This document shows positions 26,301 to 38,890 of a stretch of 64,000 nt of DNA, one piece after another (within the stretch, counting starts at the first letter, position 1; each line of letters starts with the position of its first letter). Both the position numbers and the translations under genes were made by a program. Below the pieces are notes generated by a model. The model did not search any database, was not told the DNA's origin, and saw nothing but the letters and a program-made list of their open reading frames with translations. The stretch is from Eledone cirrhosa (Eukaryota), in assembly GCA_964016885.1 (NCBI GenBank), contig OZ024744.1, positions 80,042,001 through 80,106,000 on the forward strand. The letters are read 5' to 3'.

Positions 26301-26630
26301 GGACATGCCTACAAAATCAGAAAACAGCACAGCTCCCATGACTTTCGGAAACATTTTTTCACGCTCAGAGTTGCTGAAGCATGGAACAAACTACCTGCGT
26401 CAGTTGTTAGCTGCCAAGACACTGCATCCTTTAAAACCCTCATGCTTCCCGAAATTCGCCAAAACTACACCTGATGTACCCCTCCAATACACATGCATAC
26501 ATGTGTATATCATGACTGTTCATTTTCCTGATGTTTGTACATTACCCTATGTACTATACATACACTTTTTGATGAGTTGTATTGCACCTGAGCACTGTAC
26601 ACAATATTTCATTATTATTATTATTATTAT
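23390..26630 (+). mobile_element. Decayed CR1/L2-group LINE (APE endonuclease + reverse transcriptase, frameshifted)
   Basis: Endonuclease motifs RKDRINHRGGGV, IAGDFNHP, PTRRDNTLDL, SDH. RT motifs NYRPVSLTS, YLHFAKAFNSVPH, SGVPQGSVLGPLLF, YAED. The 3' end has FFTLRVAEAWNKLP, a gtgcacctgagcac-type stem-loop and an (ATT)n tail. Confidence 0.92.
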
Positions 26631-26666
26631 ACATGTTATGTTATGTGTGTGTGTATATATATATAG

Positions 26667-26860
26667 GTTTTAATATAGATGAGATTCTACAGGACTAGAA
26701 CTGTTTCATTCTTTAGCAAACATCAGGGATTCCTGATGATTTCTAAAGAATGAAACATTTCTAGTCCTGTAGAATCTCATCTATATTAAAACTTTTATAC
26801 TCTGCAATGTATTGAGTACCTTACTTACTGTGGTTACCTCCGATTCAATCCGGAATAACG
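26667..26860 (+). mobile_element. Fold-back repeat with hammerhead-like core (Penelope-like remnant candidate)
   Basis: ~60-bp inverted arms (26667-26792) followed by atactctgcaatgtattgagtacctt...gtggttacctcc. Relatives lie at ~6580-6908 and ~36155-36275. Confidence 0.6.
26726..26778 (+). ncRNA. Putative type I hammerhead ribozyme
   Basis: Stem I GGGAUUC/GAAUCUC, core CUGAUGA, stem II UUC(U)/(A)GAA closed by U.U, GAA, stem III ACA/UGU, cleavage triplet GUA. Confidence 0.5.
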
Positions 26861-26943
26861 TGTATATATATATATATATAAGTATATATATATAAGAGAA
26901 GGGGAGTGTGTATATATACATAAGAGAGGTGGTGAGGGGTATG

Positions 26944-27019
<76 letters not shown>

Positions 27020-28719
27020 GAAAGAGAGAGAGAGAGAGAGAGACTTGCTATTTTTGAGTGACTGTTCTTGTCAACGTTTTTATGTAGATTTCCTCCCTTA
27101 CAGAGAAGATTATGAATACTAGTGAACAAAGGGAGATAACAAACAAATGTCTTAGAAGAAAAGATTTAAATAATAGGAAAAATAATCTGACATAACTAAA
27201 AGAAAAATTTTCTTAAGAAGAATTTTGTTTAATCTTTAGAAGAATAATAATAAATGAGATTATCAATGAAGACCTGACAAAAGTTTCTTTGATTTTATCA
27301 CAAAGAAGCTTTTTCTAAAATCTACAGATTTTTTTTTAGTAAAAAGCTATAATTAATTTTCTTTTTTGTCCACTTATTCCTGAGAGGGTCATGGGGTCAG
27401 AGTCCTCAAACACTCCTTCCAGCAGGTTCTGGGGCGTTTGAGGACCTCCCCCACGACTCTCTCAATAATTAATTTTAAATTACTAGTCTAACACTTTCAT
27501 GGCCATGTTTTTAATGAAATACACTATTTTAATGAATTAACAAAACATTTTGAGGGATTTACTATATTTATTAATTATTCCATTACTAAGATAGTAACTT
27601 AATGTAAGGTTCTTATATAAAATTATGTTAGAAAGTTTAATAATTTAAATTAAAAACCTTTAAAATGGTGGAAGGGTTATTTCAGCCAGTTTTGGTCAGG
27701 TTGGCAACTAGGTAACTTAATGTAAGGTATTTATATAAAATTATTTTGGAAGATTTAATAATTTAAAGGAGAAAGCTTTAAAACATGAGAGCGTGGGGGA
27801 CGAATTTGATGGAACTAGAGCCGCTTTTGGACGAGTTGGTAACTAAAGGGTTAATCAACAAATACTTAGTTTGAGTGTCTCCATCTTTATCCTTTTCTCT
27901 TCCTCCATCTCACTCCTCTTACACACTCTCCCTCTCCATCATCCTCAGCACAACTCACCCCACCCCCCTCTCTATCATCAACATTTTAAATGTTTCATTA
28001 TTTAGCTTTGATCCCTATATTCTGAGAATTCAAGTCTTTCATTTTTCATCCCTTTAGACCAATAAAATATGTACAAGACATATATATATATATATAATAT
28101 GAGATCAAAAGATGGTTAAAGAGTTCCAAGTATTTTATTATGCGCATTTCAAAAACAAATATCATCGTGAGATGATATCTGCGTTTTCATCAGATAAATG
28201 ATATTTGCATTGCTTTATTGTGCTACAATAAAATTCACCTCCTACATTATATTATATATATATAACACACACACACACATAATTATAACTTTGATTCTAT
28301 CATCAGTAACCTGACCTCTTACAGATTTATAAGAAATCAATATTTTTCACAGAAATATTGATTTCTATTCATTTTTGCACTGTACCAATTTTTTTTTTTT
28401 TTTTTTTAAATAGATCAAGAATAAATTGAATTTATCCCAATATGTTATTGGCATGTATTCTTATATTTTGTAATCAATTCACTCCCTCCACTCAGCTACT
28501 ATATAGCATGGAGCGCCACAAGGTTTTATTTACACTTACATGACTTTTTCCCCTACACTCATGATCATCACCATCACTGTTTAATGTCCATTTTTCCACT
28601 CTAGCATGATTGAGATGAGTTGTCCTGTTGTGAGCAATGCCAGGTCAGGTAACCATGTCTTGCTCTTACAGAACTAATTTTGGCTTGGTTTCTACAGCAG
28701 GATGACCTTCCTAACGCCA

Positions 28720-29005
28720 ACCGCATTTACAGTGAGTACCGGGTGCTTTTTGTGGTGACACCTATACAACCACTTTACAGTGTGTGCTTTTTGTAGTGAC
28801 ACCTACACGACCACTTTACACATGTGCTGGGTGTATTTGTCGTGACACCTATACGACCACTGTACAGTGTGACATGCGTGCTTTTTGTCATAACACTTAC
28901 ACGACCACTTTACAGTGTGAACTGGATGCTTTTTGTTGTGACACCTACATGACCACTTTACAGTGTGGGCTGGGTGCTTTTTGTCATGTCACTTCACAAC
29001 CACTT
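28720..29005. repeat. Degenerate ~42-bp tandem (cgaccactttacagtgtg...gctttttgtcgtgacacctaca) inside a SINE-like element
   Basis: About 6 units after ctacagcaggatgaccttcctaacgccaac; the related element at ~7530-7760 has about 2 units. Confidence 0.7.
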
Positions 29006-29284
29006 AATTTTAGTAAATCCCACAAAATTCTTCATTAATTAATAAATAATTTGAGTAAATCCCTTAAAAATTCTTAATTATAATAATGAAATGAAAATTA
29101 TTGTGTACAGTACTCAGGTGCACTTCAACTCATCAAAGTTTGTTAAAAAATATGGTTAAGAATGGATTAATTACTCAACCATCAACTGGCTTGACTCTTT
29201 CACTACTATATTGTTTAACAAACTCTGCGCCTTTGATGAGTTGAAGTTGAAGTGCACCTGAACAATGTACACAATTTTCATTTC

Positions 29285-29580
29285 ATGCCTTTCATCCTTA
29301 CGGGGTCGATAAAATAAAGTACCAGTAATGTACTGGGTAATTGCTGGCCTTGTGCCTAACGTAGAAACAATTATTATAATTAAGAATAGGGCGGGGGATT
29401 GGCAGTATCAGTAGAAGGTCGGACGTCATACTTTCCAGCATAGTTACGTCCCTTTTCGGTCTGAGTTCAAATCCCGTTAAGGTTAATTTTGCCTTTCATC
29501 CTTACGGGGTCGATAAAATAAAGTACCAGTAATGTACTGGGGTAATTGCTGGCCTTGTGCCAAAAGTAGAAACAATTATT
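29285..29580 (+). mobile_element. One partial plus one full SINE copy
   Basis: Family core and tail; the full copy is bracketed by near-direct repeats attattat.attaagaat. Confidence 0.8.
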
Positions 29581-29676
29581 ATTATTAAGAATTTTTAAGA
29601 ATTTACTAAAATTATTCTAAAAAGATTTTGGATGGATTTGGTAAAATAATAAAATTACAATCTCTCTCAGAGAGAG

Positions 29677-29707
<31 letters not shown>

Positions 29708-30085
29708 GTGGTGGTGGTGGTGGTGGTGTGTGTGTGTGGGGCGGGGGGGGGGGGGGGGGTTTAGAGAGAGAGAGAGAAAGATGTAATGAGTAATTGACTA
29801 ACTCGTTTACTGCTGAAACTATCAACTGATATGAAGTTAAGAGGTACAGAGGCATAACGTAGGGGGGGGGGGGGGAATAGATATTTAAACATATATATAT
29901 ATATACATGTACACAAAACACCCAACAGAAAACACACTCATACAAACATATATACACACACACACACGCACATATATATACGTATATATATACATACATT
30001 CATATATATACATACACATTCATATATATATTTATATATATATATATACATACATACACATGCATCCACATATATACTAGTACCT

Positions 30086-30136
<51 letters not shown>

Positions 30137-30289
30137 AATCTTACCCAAAATAGAAACCAAATCCTACATGGAAGGATAGATTATATAATTACGTCTTAGA
30201 TACACTATGCTGAATAGTAAGACGGTGGTCACGGCTGGAGTGCCAGTGGAATGTTGGAAGGTGATCACAGAAAAAAACCCTGCCATTAC

Positions 30290-31405
30290 CACGTTCATGG
30301 CAACCACCACCAATACCATCAGCCACCACAATCACCACCACCACCAATACCATCAACCACCTCCACCATCAAGACCACCAATACCATCAACAACACCACC
30401 AACACATCACAACCACAATCACTACCATCAACCACCACAATCACCACCACCACCACCACCATCAACAGCACCAATACCATCAAACACCATCAACACCACC
30501 AACACCATCAACCACCACCAACACCACCAACACCATCAACCACCACAATCACCACCATCAACAACACCTCCAACACATCACAACCATCATCACTATCCCA
30601 AACACCGCACCACCACCACCAGCATCCCAATACCACCACTCCAACACCCACCACCACAACACCACCATCATCACAACCACTACCACAAACACCTCCATCA
30701 ACAACAACTACTATCCCAAACACCACCCCACCACCACATCACAACCACTACCACAACACCATCAACAACCACCACAATCACCACTACAACCCCAACACCA
30801 ACACCACCCCACCACCACAACCACTACCACCACCACCACCACCCCAACACCGCCACCATCAACAACCACCACAATCACCACTACAACCCCAACACCAACA
30901 CTACCCCACCACCACCAACACCCACACATCACAACCACTACCACCACCCCAACACCGCCACCATCAACAATCACCACAATCACCACTACAACCCCAACAC
31001 CAACACTACCCCACCACCACCACCACCACCCACACATCACAACCACTACCCCCCCCCCCCCAACACCGCCAGCATCAACAACCACCACTACAACACCAAC
31101 ACTACCCCACCACCACCACCCACACATCACAACCACTTCCACCACCACCACCACCACCCCAACACCGCCACCATCAACAACCACCACAATCACCACTACA
31201 ACACCAACACTACCCCCACCACCACCACCACCACCAACACCGCCACCATCAACAACCACCACAATCACCACTACAACCCCAACACTACCCCACCACCACC
31301 ACCCACACATCACAACCACTACCACCACCACCACCACCACCACCACCCACACATCACAACCACCCCAACACCGCCACCACCACCACCACAATCACCACCA
31401 CCATA
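30290..31405. repeat. (ACC/AAC/ATC)n low-complexity tract with internal longer-period repeats
   Basis: Read directly; the block caacaccgccaccatcaacaaccaccacaatcaccactacaac recurs. Confidence 0.9.
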
Positions 31406-31546
31406 AAACCCATTGCATTGACTCATTTGATCATGACAATAAGTAACAAAAATACCTAAAAGAAAAAAACAAATTATATTGAAAGTACAAAAAACAAAAA
31501 CAAAGGAAAAATAGAATAGAATTTTTATTTTTACTTTGGTTTGTGT

Positions 31547-31618
<72 letters not shown>

Positions 31619-33103
31619 CGTGTGTGAGAGTGCATGTGTGAGTGAGTGCGCATGTTTGTGCATGTGCATGTACATATGCATGTGTGAGCATGCAAATGTG
31701 TAAACATGTACGTGTGTATCAATGTATATGAATGAACATGTGTGTGTGTGGGGGGGGGGCGGGGGGGTGGGGGTGGGGGGTTGTGTGGGGGGGAGGGGGG
31801 GGGGGGGGGGGGTAGGATAAACGATAAAGATCCCATAACTCCCTGTGGAGCCGTAGAGGTATCGTCATACAGCATGTCTAGGGCACATTTAAACCTGGCG
31901 GAGCCCAACCCTCTCCAGGTCTGAACACTGCCGATTTTTTCCTATAAAAGAAGAATCGACCCCAGTACTAGACTGGTACTTTTTTTTGTCAACCTCAAAA
32001 GGATGAAAGGCAAAGTTGACATTGAAGTTCTGAACTTCAAATTCCATCAGTGTGCAATTTGGTTGTCATCCTCATCATTTTACATCTATTTTCTATAATT
32101 ATTTTAAATTTTCTATACTTATTTAAATAAGCTAAATAGTGAGTGTGTGTGTCAGTGCAACACATACATATACATCTCTCCTGCTCTCCCCATCTCTCAT
32201 ATACACCAGTTCTGAACACAAAGGAACCAAACTCCCACTGTAACTGCCTCCATCTCTCCCGCCTCTCACTATTGAGACCAAATGGCGGTCCATGCTATGG
32301 CTGCTCTGCAGACTTGGCGGACAATATAGAGAAAGCGTTTCTCCGGAGGGTGATGAGGCAGATACGGAGGAAGAGCTAGGTTGTCACGCTGCTCTGTGGC
32401 TAGCCAGGCAAGACAAACTACACTGTCGTGCTCATGTGTCCCACTTCAGCATGTTTACCGTTAAATGCCCTTCTTAATCCCAAACACTTAATCCATTACC
32501 ATTTACATTACTCTTACTATTATATTTTCATGGTAAAGGCTTTACCTCACATAATTATCTCACACAATATCGAATCTATGAGATTTTGATATCTATTTTG
32601 AGAACAATACCTTAACATAAGTATGAGCAGCTAGTTACAGCTAGTTTGAACAGAAAGAAGGTGAGAGAATTCTGGCTGGTTTAAATGCCAATCACAATGT
32701 CATGTGCTAGGTTTGCTTTTTCATGGTACCACTACCACTATGACTTTACAGTGTGGTGGGCTGGGTGATTTATTTTATGGTACAAGCCCAAGCCCAATCA
32801 CTTTACAGTGAAGACTAGGTACATTTAACATGGTGCCAGCACTACCACTTTATAGTGTGGGCTGTGTGCATTTTATCATGTCACCAGCACTTCTATCTTC
32901 CAGTGTAGCTTGCAATACACACACACACTCACTCACTGAATATACATACACACTGAATATATATATATACACATACATATTATAAAGGAGACTGAAAAAG
33001 ACATAACCAGAGGTAATGAAAGCAGAACTTCACAAAAGTGATGACAAAGTAATGCCTTAAATTACAAGATTCTGCAGAGGAGTAAAAACCATCTAACCCC
33101 CCC

Positions 33104-33137
<34 letters not shown>

Positions 33138-33733
33138 TGCAAAAATGATAATTTTTGGAGAAGGGGGAAATCGATTAAATCGACCCCAGTACATTACTGG
33201 TACTTTATTTTTTTGATCCTGTAAAGATGAACTCAGAACGTAAATGGCCATAACTTTATGCTGCAAAGCATATGATTTTTAATTTTGGCACAAGGCCAGT
33301 AGCTTGTGGGGTGAGGAAAGCCAATTACATCTGGCCCCAGTACTTTACTGGTACTTTATTTTATCAACCTTGGAAGGATTACAGGTAAAGTTGGCCTCAG
33401 GGTGGGGGAGATTTCAACTCAATGTAAATTGTCGTTACTAAATACTACATTTCATCTGATATGCAAACAATTCTGCCCTATAATAATCTATATTATAATA
33501 AGAGCGGTGTCTGTCTCTCCATCCATCATGCTCACTTTATATAGAGATGGGGAGTGCCATGTGAGAGATATGTACATAGATAGAGAGAGAAAGAGGAACA
33601 CCGTGTGTTTTTAAGCGGGAGATAGACAGAAAGTTATGGCTTCACCCTCATCTATATATAGAGAGAGAGGGGTGAATACCAAGTGAAAGAGATGTACATA
33701 AGTAGAGAAAAGGAACATTTGTTGAGAGAGAGC

Positions 33734-33794
<61 letters not shown>

Positions 33795-33899
33795 CGAGAG
33801 CGAGAGAGAGAGAGAGAGTGCATGTATGTGTCTCTGGAGTGTGTGTATGTCGTGTGTGTGAGAGAGAGAGAGAGGCAGAAAACATCGTCCTCATCTAGT

Positions 33900-34090
33900 A
33901 ATAATAATAATAATTGTTTCTACTTTGGGCACAAGGCCAGCAATTACCCAGTGTATTACTGGTACTTTATTTTATCGACCCCGTAAGGATGAAAGGTAAA
34001 GTTAACCTCGGCGGGATTTGAACTCAGTCCGTAAAGAGACGTAACTGTGCTGGAAAGCATGGCGTCCAACCCTCTACCGATACTGCCACA
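33900..34090 (-). mobile_element. tRNA-derived SINE, reverse orientation
   Basis: Reverse complement of the family consensus. Other minus copies lie at ~14660-14820, 15125-15290 and 33165-33420. Confidence 0.85.
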
Positions 34091-34870
34091 TGACAAAAAT
34101 GCAAGATGGATAAATGAAGCTGAGCATAAGTCATCTAATGAACCAAAACAAAAATGGGAAAGAATTTCAAAGGAATACTTTCAAGAGCAAGTTAGGAAAA
34201 TGCCAAACTAGAAATTGTCTAAACTGGATGGGATCCAAGGATTCTGGTTGAAAGTATGGAATTACATGGTCCATTTGAAAGAGAAACGAAGGAAGTAAAA
34301 GTAGATCTTGGAATTGGTTGACTAAAGGCAATCTTAAGAGAGAGACAGAAAGTTTATTAATAGCTACTCAAGATAAAGCACTAAATACAAACTCTATAAG
34401 GAATATATATACAACCCAGATGAAACAAAAAGGTGTAGGTTATGTGGGAAGAATTTGGAAAGTGTGACACACATTGTGAATGCCTGTGGCATGTTTGTGC
34501 AGAGGGAATATAAAAGGCATTATGATAAAGTATGTTTACACCTCCATTGGACTAAATGCAAGAAATATGGATTTACAATCACTGAAAAATTGTATCAGCA
34601 CAAACCAGAGAAGGTCCTAGAAAATCAAACTGTGAAACTATTGTGGGACTTTACAATCTTGCAGATAGATAAAGTTCTTGAAAATACAAGGCCAGGCACA
34701 CTTTAGTGGAGAAAGATACTAAAAGGAGGTGTTTGTTGATCAATGTATAATAGCATGCCCAGGAGACCATTATGCCAATGGTAAGGAAAATGAGAAAATC
34801 ATAAAGTATGTAGACTTGAGTCATGTTGAGAGAATGTGGAATAGAGCACTTGGGTTGGTGATAGGAAACC
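34090..34870 (+). mobile_element. Decayed R4/Dong-like non-LTR retrotransposon fragment
   Basis: LKRETESLLIATQDKAL, CRLCG..ESVTHIVNAC (zinc knuckle), YKRHYDKV, KPEKVLEN..VKLLWDFTI. Confidence 0.8.
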
Positions 34871-36318
34871 AACACAAAATCCTTCTCCCAGCATTACAAC
34901 TTTGCTGTTCCCAGAAGTGTTGTTTAACCTCAGATATACAGTAATTTCCACAGAAGTAGAAATTACTGTATATCTGAGGTTAAATAACTTGATAGAGAGT
35001 CAATTAAAAGATCCAGTGTTAATAAGATCATCACTGTGCAAATGAATAATGATTTCTTATATAGGCATAAGGCCAGCAATTTTGGGGGTAGGGGAAAATC
35101 GATTAAATTGACTCCAGTGCATGACTGGTATGATGGTGACGATGGTGGCAGCAATGGTAATGATGGTGGCAGTGGTAATGGTAATGATGGTGGAAATGAT
35201 GGTGGTAATGATTGTGTGGCGATGGTGATGATGGTGGTAGTGATGAAGATGGTGATGATGCTGATGCGATGATGATAATGGCATTGGTGGTGACAACAGA
35301 GAAAGTGTAGGTTTGACTGGAAATAAATAGAGGCGTTAACAGTCAATAAACCTTTACTTTTCTTTATCAGCAACAACAACAGCAATAACAATATCAATTC
35401 TATATCTGCCCACCCCACTGCTCAATAAACAATGGCATTCGTGTGCATAGAGCTGCTTCCCTAGTGATGGTCATGCTTGGCTGAACGAAGCTACATAATT
35501 AGAGAGCTATAAACTTGTGGACGTATCTGTATGTGTGGGTGTGGGTGTGTATGACTGGGTGAAAATGCATGTATATGCATATACGTGCATGCGTGCGTGC
35601 GTGTGTGTAACAAAGCCTCCCCCCTCTCATCCTTTCAAGCTTCTGCCATCCCATATTTGTACAGCATTTTGTAACAGCGATCACTGATGCACGCAAGCAC
35701 AAAACATACATGCTTCTGCAACATTAAAAAGAACAAAAACAATGGTGCCTTTTGAGCAACACCACTTCACTAAACTTCTGTACACACACACAGTGTCCCC
35801 CACTGGTTATTCACGGAATTTTCATAAGAACCTAACTAATAATTGTTTGTGGTTATTCGCGGAATCGTAAATATCTTCCACATTTTTTTTAATGGCTTTT
35901 TTCATGGCAATATATATTTTTGTTAACGCTAAATTATTAATAACAATATATTCTACGATATATTTTGACATTTATAGGCATTTTTATGGACCACGTCCAA
36001 TATTCGCGTTTTTTTCACCCTTTGTGAGTGTTCCAGGAACATAAACCCAGCACATACCAGGGAACAACTGTAAATATATACACATATATATATATACGCA
36101 CACATGCACTCACACACACACACAAATAATAGGTAGATTCGTAAAGGGGATTGAGAGGTGACCATACTTGAAGGTACTCAATACATTGGTAGAGTATTAG
36201 GATCTTTATTTTATATAGAAATGACTTCTACAGGACTAGACCTGTTTAGCACAGAGATCAATGATCAGATTCTCCAATGTATATAAATATATCAGTTTTT
36301 AATTAAAAAATTTACATA

Positions 36319-36516
36319 TACGAAGGGATGCTGAAAAGTTCATAGCTTTGGGTAAAAGAAAATATAGGGAGTACCAGTTAATTATGATTTTATTCAACAT
36401 ATTCCCCTCTCAGATTCACACACTTATTGCAGTGTTCCTACCTCCCCTGTAAAGGTAACAACTCTACCCTTGCAAGATACTTTTAAAGCCAAGAACTTTT
36501 CAGCACCCACCTCGTA
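36319..36516. mobile_element. Mariner-type MITE
   Basis: ta-cgaagggatgctgaaaagttc ... gaacttttcagcacccacctcg-ta. Confidence 0.65.
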
Positions 36517-36714
36517 CAAATATGCACACACATACACAATCTACATCAATCATGATGCTTCAATAAGAAGTGTTTTCTAATCACAAATTCTAACCCTACA
36601 TTTGTCCCTGTAAATAGCTATTTCTTTAAATTTACTCATACATTTAATCCTATGTATCATTCGTGCATATATGCAGTATAGTTATGTAACTATATCTTAG
36701 AAATAAATTATCGA

Positions 36715-37320
36715 TAGGTTTGATGCAGAGTGCTGCATGGCTGGAATGAAATTAGTGCTGCAAAAACTGAAACACTCATCCTCTCAAGGAAGCCTGTGCA
36801 GTGCACTCTACATGTGAGTGAAGTTCAAGTATCTCGGGGTTGTGTTCACCAGTGATGGAAGGCAAAAGGCTGGATTAAGTGCAAGAATTGCAGGAGATGG
36901 TGCAGTAATGCACCAGCTTCAGCATTCAGTCATCAGGAGAAAGGAGTTAGATGTAAAAGTCAAATTCTCTATCTTCAATTCAGTATTTGTGCTAACCCTT
37001 ACCTATAATCATGAATCTTGGGTAATGACCAAAAATACGATCATGAATACAAGCAGCTGAAATATGGTTCCTCTGAAGGGTCTTTGGAGTAACGTTTATC
37101 CAAACTCAAATACAAGGGCAACAAGAAACTATCCATCAATCCAATACTCCTGCAGAACGTTCCACAATGGAACCGTGTTCACGAGTGATGGAAGGCAGGA
37201 AGCTGAATTATTTGCAAGAATTGCAGGAGCTGATGTAGTAATGCGCCAGCTTCAGCATTTGGTCATTAGAAGAAGGGAGGTAGATGTATTTAAAAGTCAA
37301 ATTCGTTATCTTCAATTCGA
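36715..37320 (+). mobile_element. RTE-clade LINE fragments (partly duplicated)
   Basis: FKYLGVVFTSDG...ARIAG...LTY.HESW; the segment recurs at ~37175-37320. Confidence 0.75.
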
Positions 37321-38184
37321 TTTCCATCATGTACCTTTACTTTCTAAAGTTCAAATGTTGCTGAGGTCAACTTCGGCATTCATATTCGTCGTGTCAATGA
37401 AAAAAAAAAAGTAGCAGTCAAGTACTCTAGGATCAATGTATACAACTAAACTATTATTAAATGTAATTAAATGTAATTAACTGTAATCTACATACAATTC
37501 TTGGCCTTGTACCATATATAACAAACCATTATTATTCCGCTGAGGTTAACTTTGCCTTTCATCCTTACGGGGTCGATAAAATAAAGTACCAGTAATGTAC
37601 TGAGTAATTGCTGGCCTTGTGCCAAAAGTAGAAACAATTATTGTGGACTAGCAGAAAACCACTCGAAGGGTGCATGTGTAGTGTGTATATTGATATTATA
37701 CGCAAGTATATATACATGTAGATATGATACATCAAATAAAATCGTAATGGACAATATAAACAGAAATTGAATGAAGACTGCGTTACACTGTCTTATGTAA
37801 TCAGTAATGTAATCCATGATACATTAAAAAAGACGATATTATATATAAACTACATTAGTTCAATTCTGAGACCAGGTGATGTGTTGTTTCCTTGAGCAAG
37901 ACACTTTATTTCACATTGCTCCAGTTTACTCAGCTGTAGAAATGAGATGATAGGGACTGGGGTCCCTATCATTCCACTGTAAAGTGGTCGTGGAGGTGCC
38001 ACGGCAAAAAAGCACCCAGCACTCACTGTAAATGAGGTTGGTGTTAGGAAGGGCATCCAGCTGTAGAAATCAAGCCAGAATCAATTCCCGTCCCACCCTT
38101 GCAAGCAGGGAAAAGCGGACGTAAAATGAAATGTTGATGAAAATGAAATGATTAGGAGAAAATTAGTATGTTTATTTAAGTGAT

Positions 38185-38275
38185 CGCCACCGGAAGTGTT
38201 GACATCACTCTCTCTTTCTATATGTCTGGTAGTTGAAGTGGTGGTGGTGGTGGCAACGATATACCGGAAGTGCAA
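38185..38275. promoter_or_regulatory. Candidate promoter element: two ACCGGAAGTG ETS-type sites
   Basis: Identical 10-mers at 38189-38198 and 38263-38272 in non-repetitive, CpG-containing sequence. Confidence 0.35.
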
Positions 38276-38694
38276 CTTTGAAAAGAAGTCAATTTTAAAT
38301 TATTTATTTTTAGGAAATTATTTTTGTTTATGAAATTTAGTAGATAAATTATGTAATATTCATTCATTATTTACTCAAAGTAATCTAACTTATTTTACTA
38401 ACGGGATAAAAAGAAATAATCCGTACGCAGTCCCGCAGACCTTCCTTTATTATAGTTTAGATTGACAGTATCGGTAGAGGGTCAGACGCCATGCTTTGCA
38501 ACATAGAGTTACGGCCCTTTACATTCTGAGTTCAAATGCTGCCAAAGTTGGCTTTACCTTTCATCTTTATGGGGTCAGTAAAATAAAATACCAGTAATGC
38601 ACCAGGATCGATTTATTTTATTGTATTACTGAAAACTGCTAACATTAATTAATTACATTAATTATTAGCTTCTAGTGCTGGTGGCACAATAAAA

Positions 38695-38890
38695 TAGCGG
38701 TGGATTGGCAGTATCGGTAGCGAGTCGGACACCATGCTTTGAAGCATAGAGTTACGTCCCTTTTTGATCTGAGTTCAAATCCCGCTGAGGTTAACTTTGC
38801 CTTTCATCCTTACGGGGTCGATAAAATAAAGTACCAATAATGTACTGGATAATTGCTGGCCTTGTGCCTAAAATAGAAACAATTATTAGT
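38695..38890 (+). mobile_element. tRNA-derived SINE (same family)
   Basis: Full-length match to the family consensus. Confidence 0.85.

Noticed and set aside
30145-30163. Possible 19-nt minus-strand microexon (ag|GATTTGGTTTCTATTTTGG|gtaaga)
   Set aside because: Only splice-like dinucleotides support it, and the peptide (IWFLFW) is implausible.
30207-31459. Pro/His/Thr-rich extensin- or mucin-like ORFs
   Set aside because: An ACC-type microsatellite open in several frames, with no supporting splice or domain evidence. The same applies to 13611-13967.
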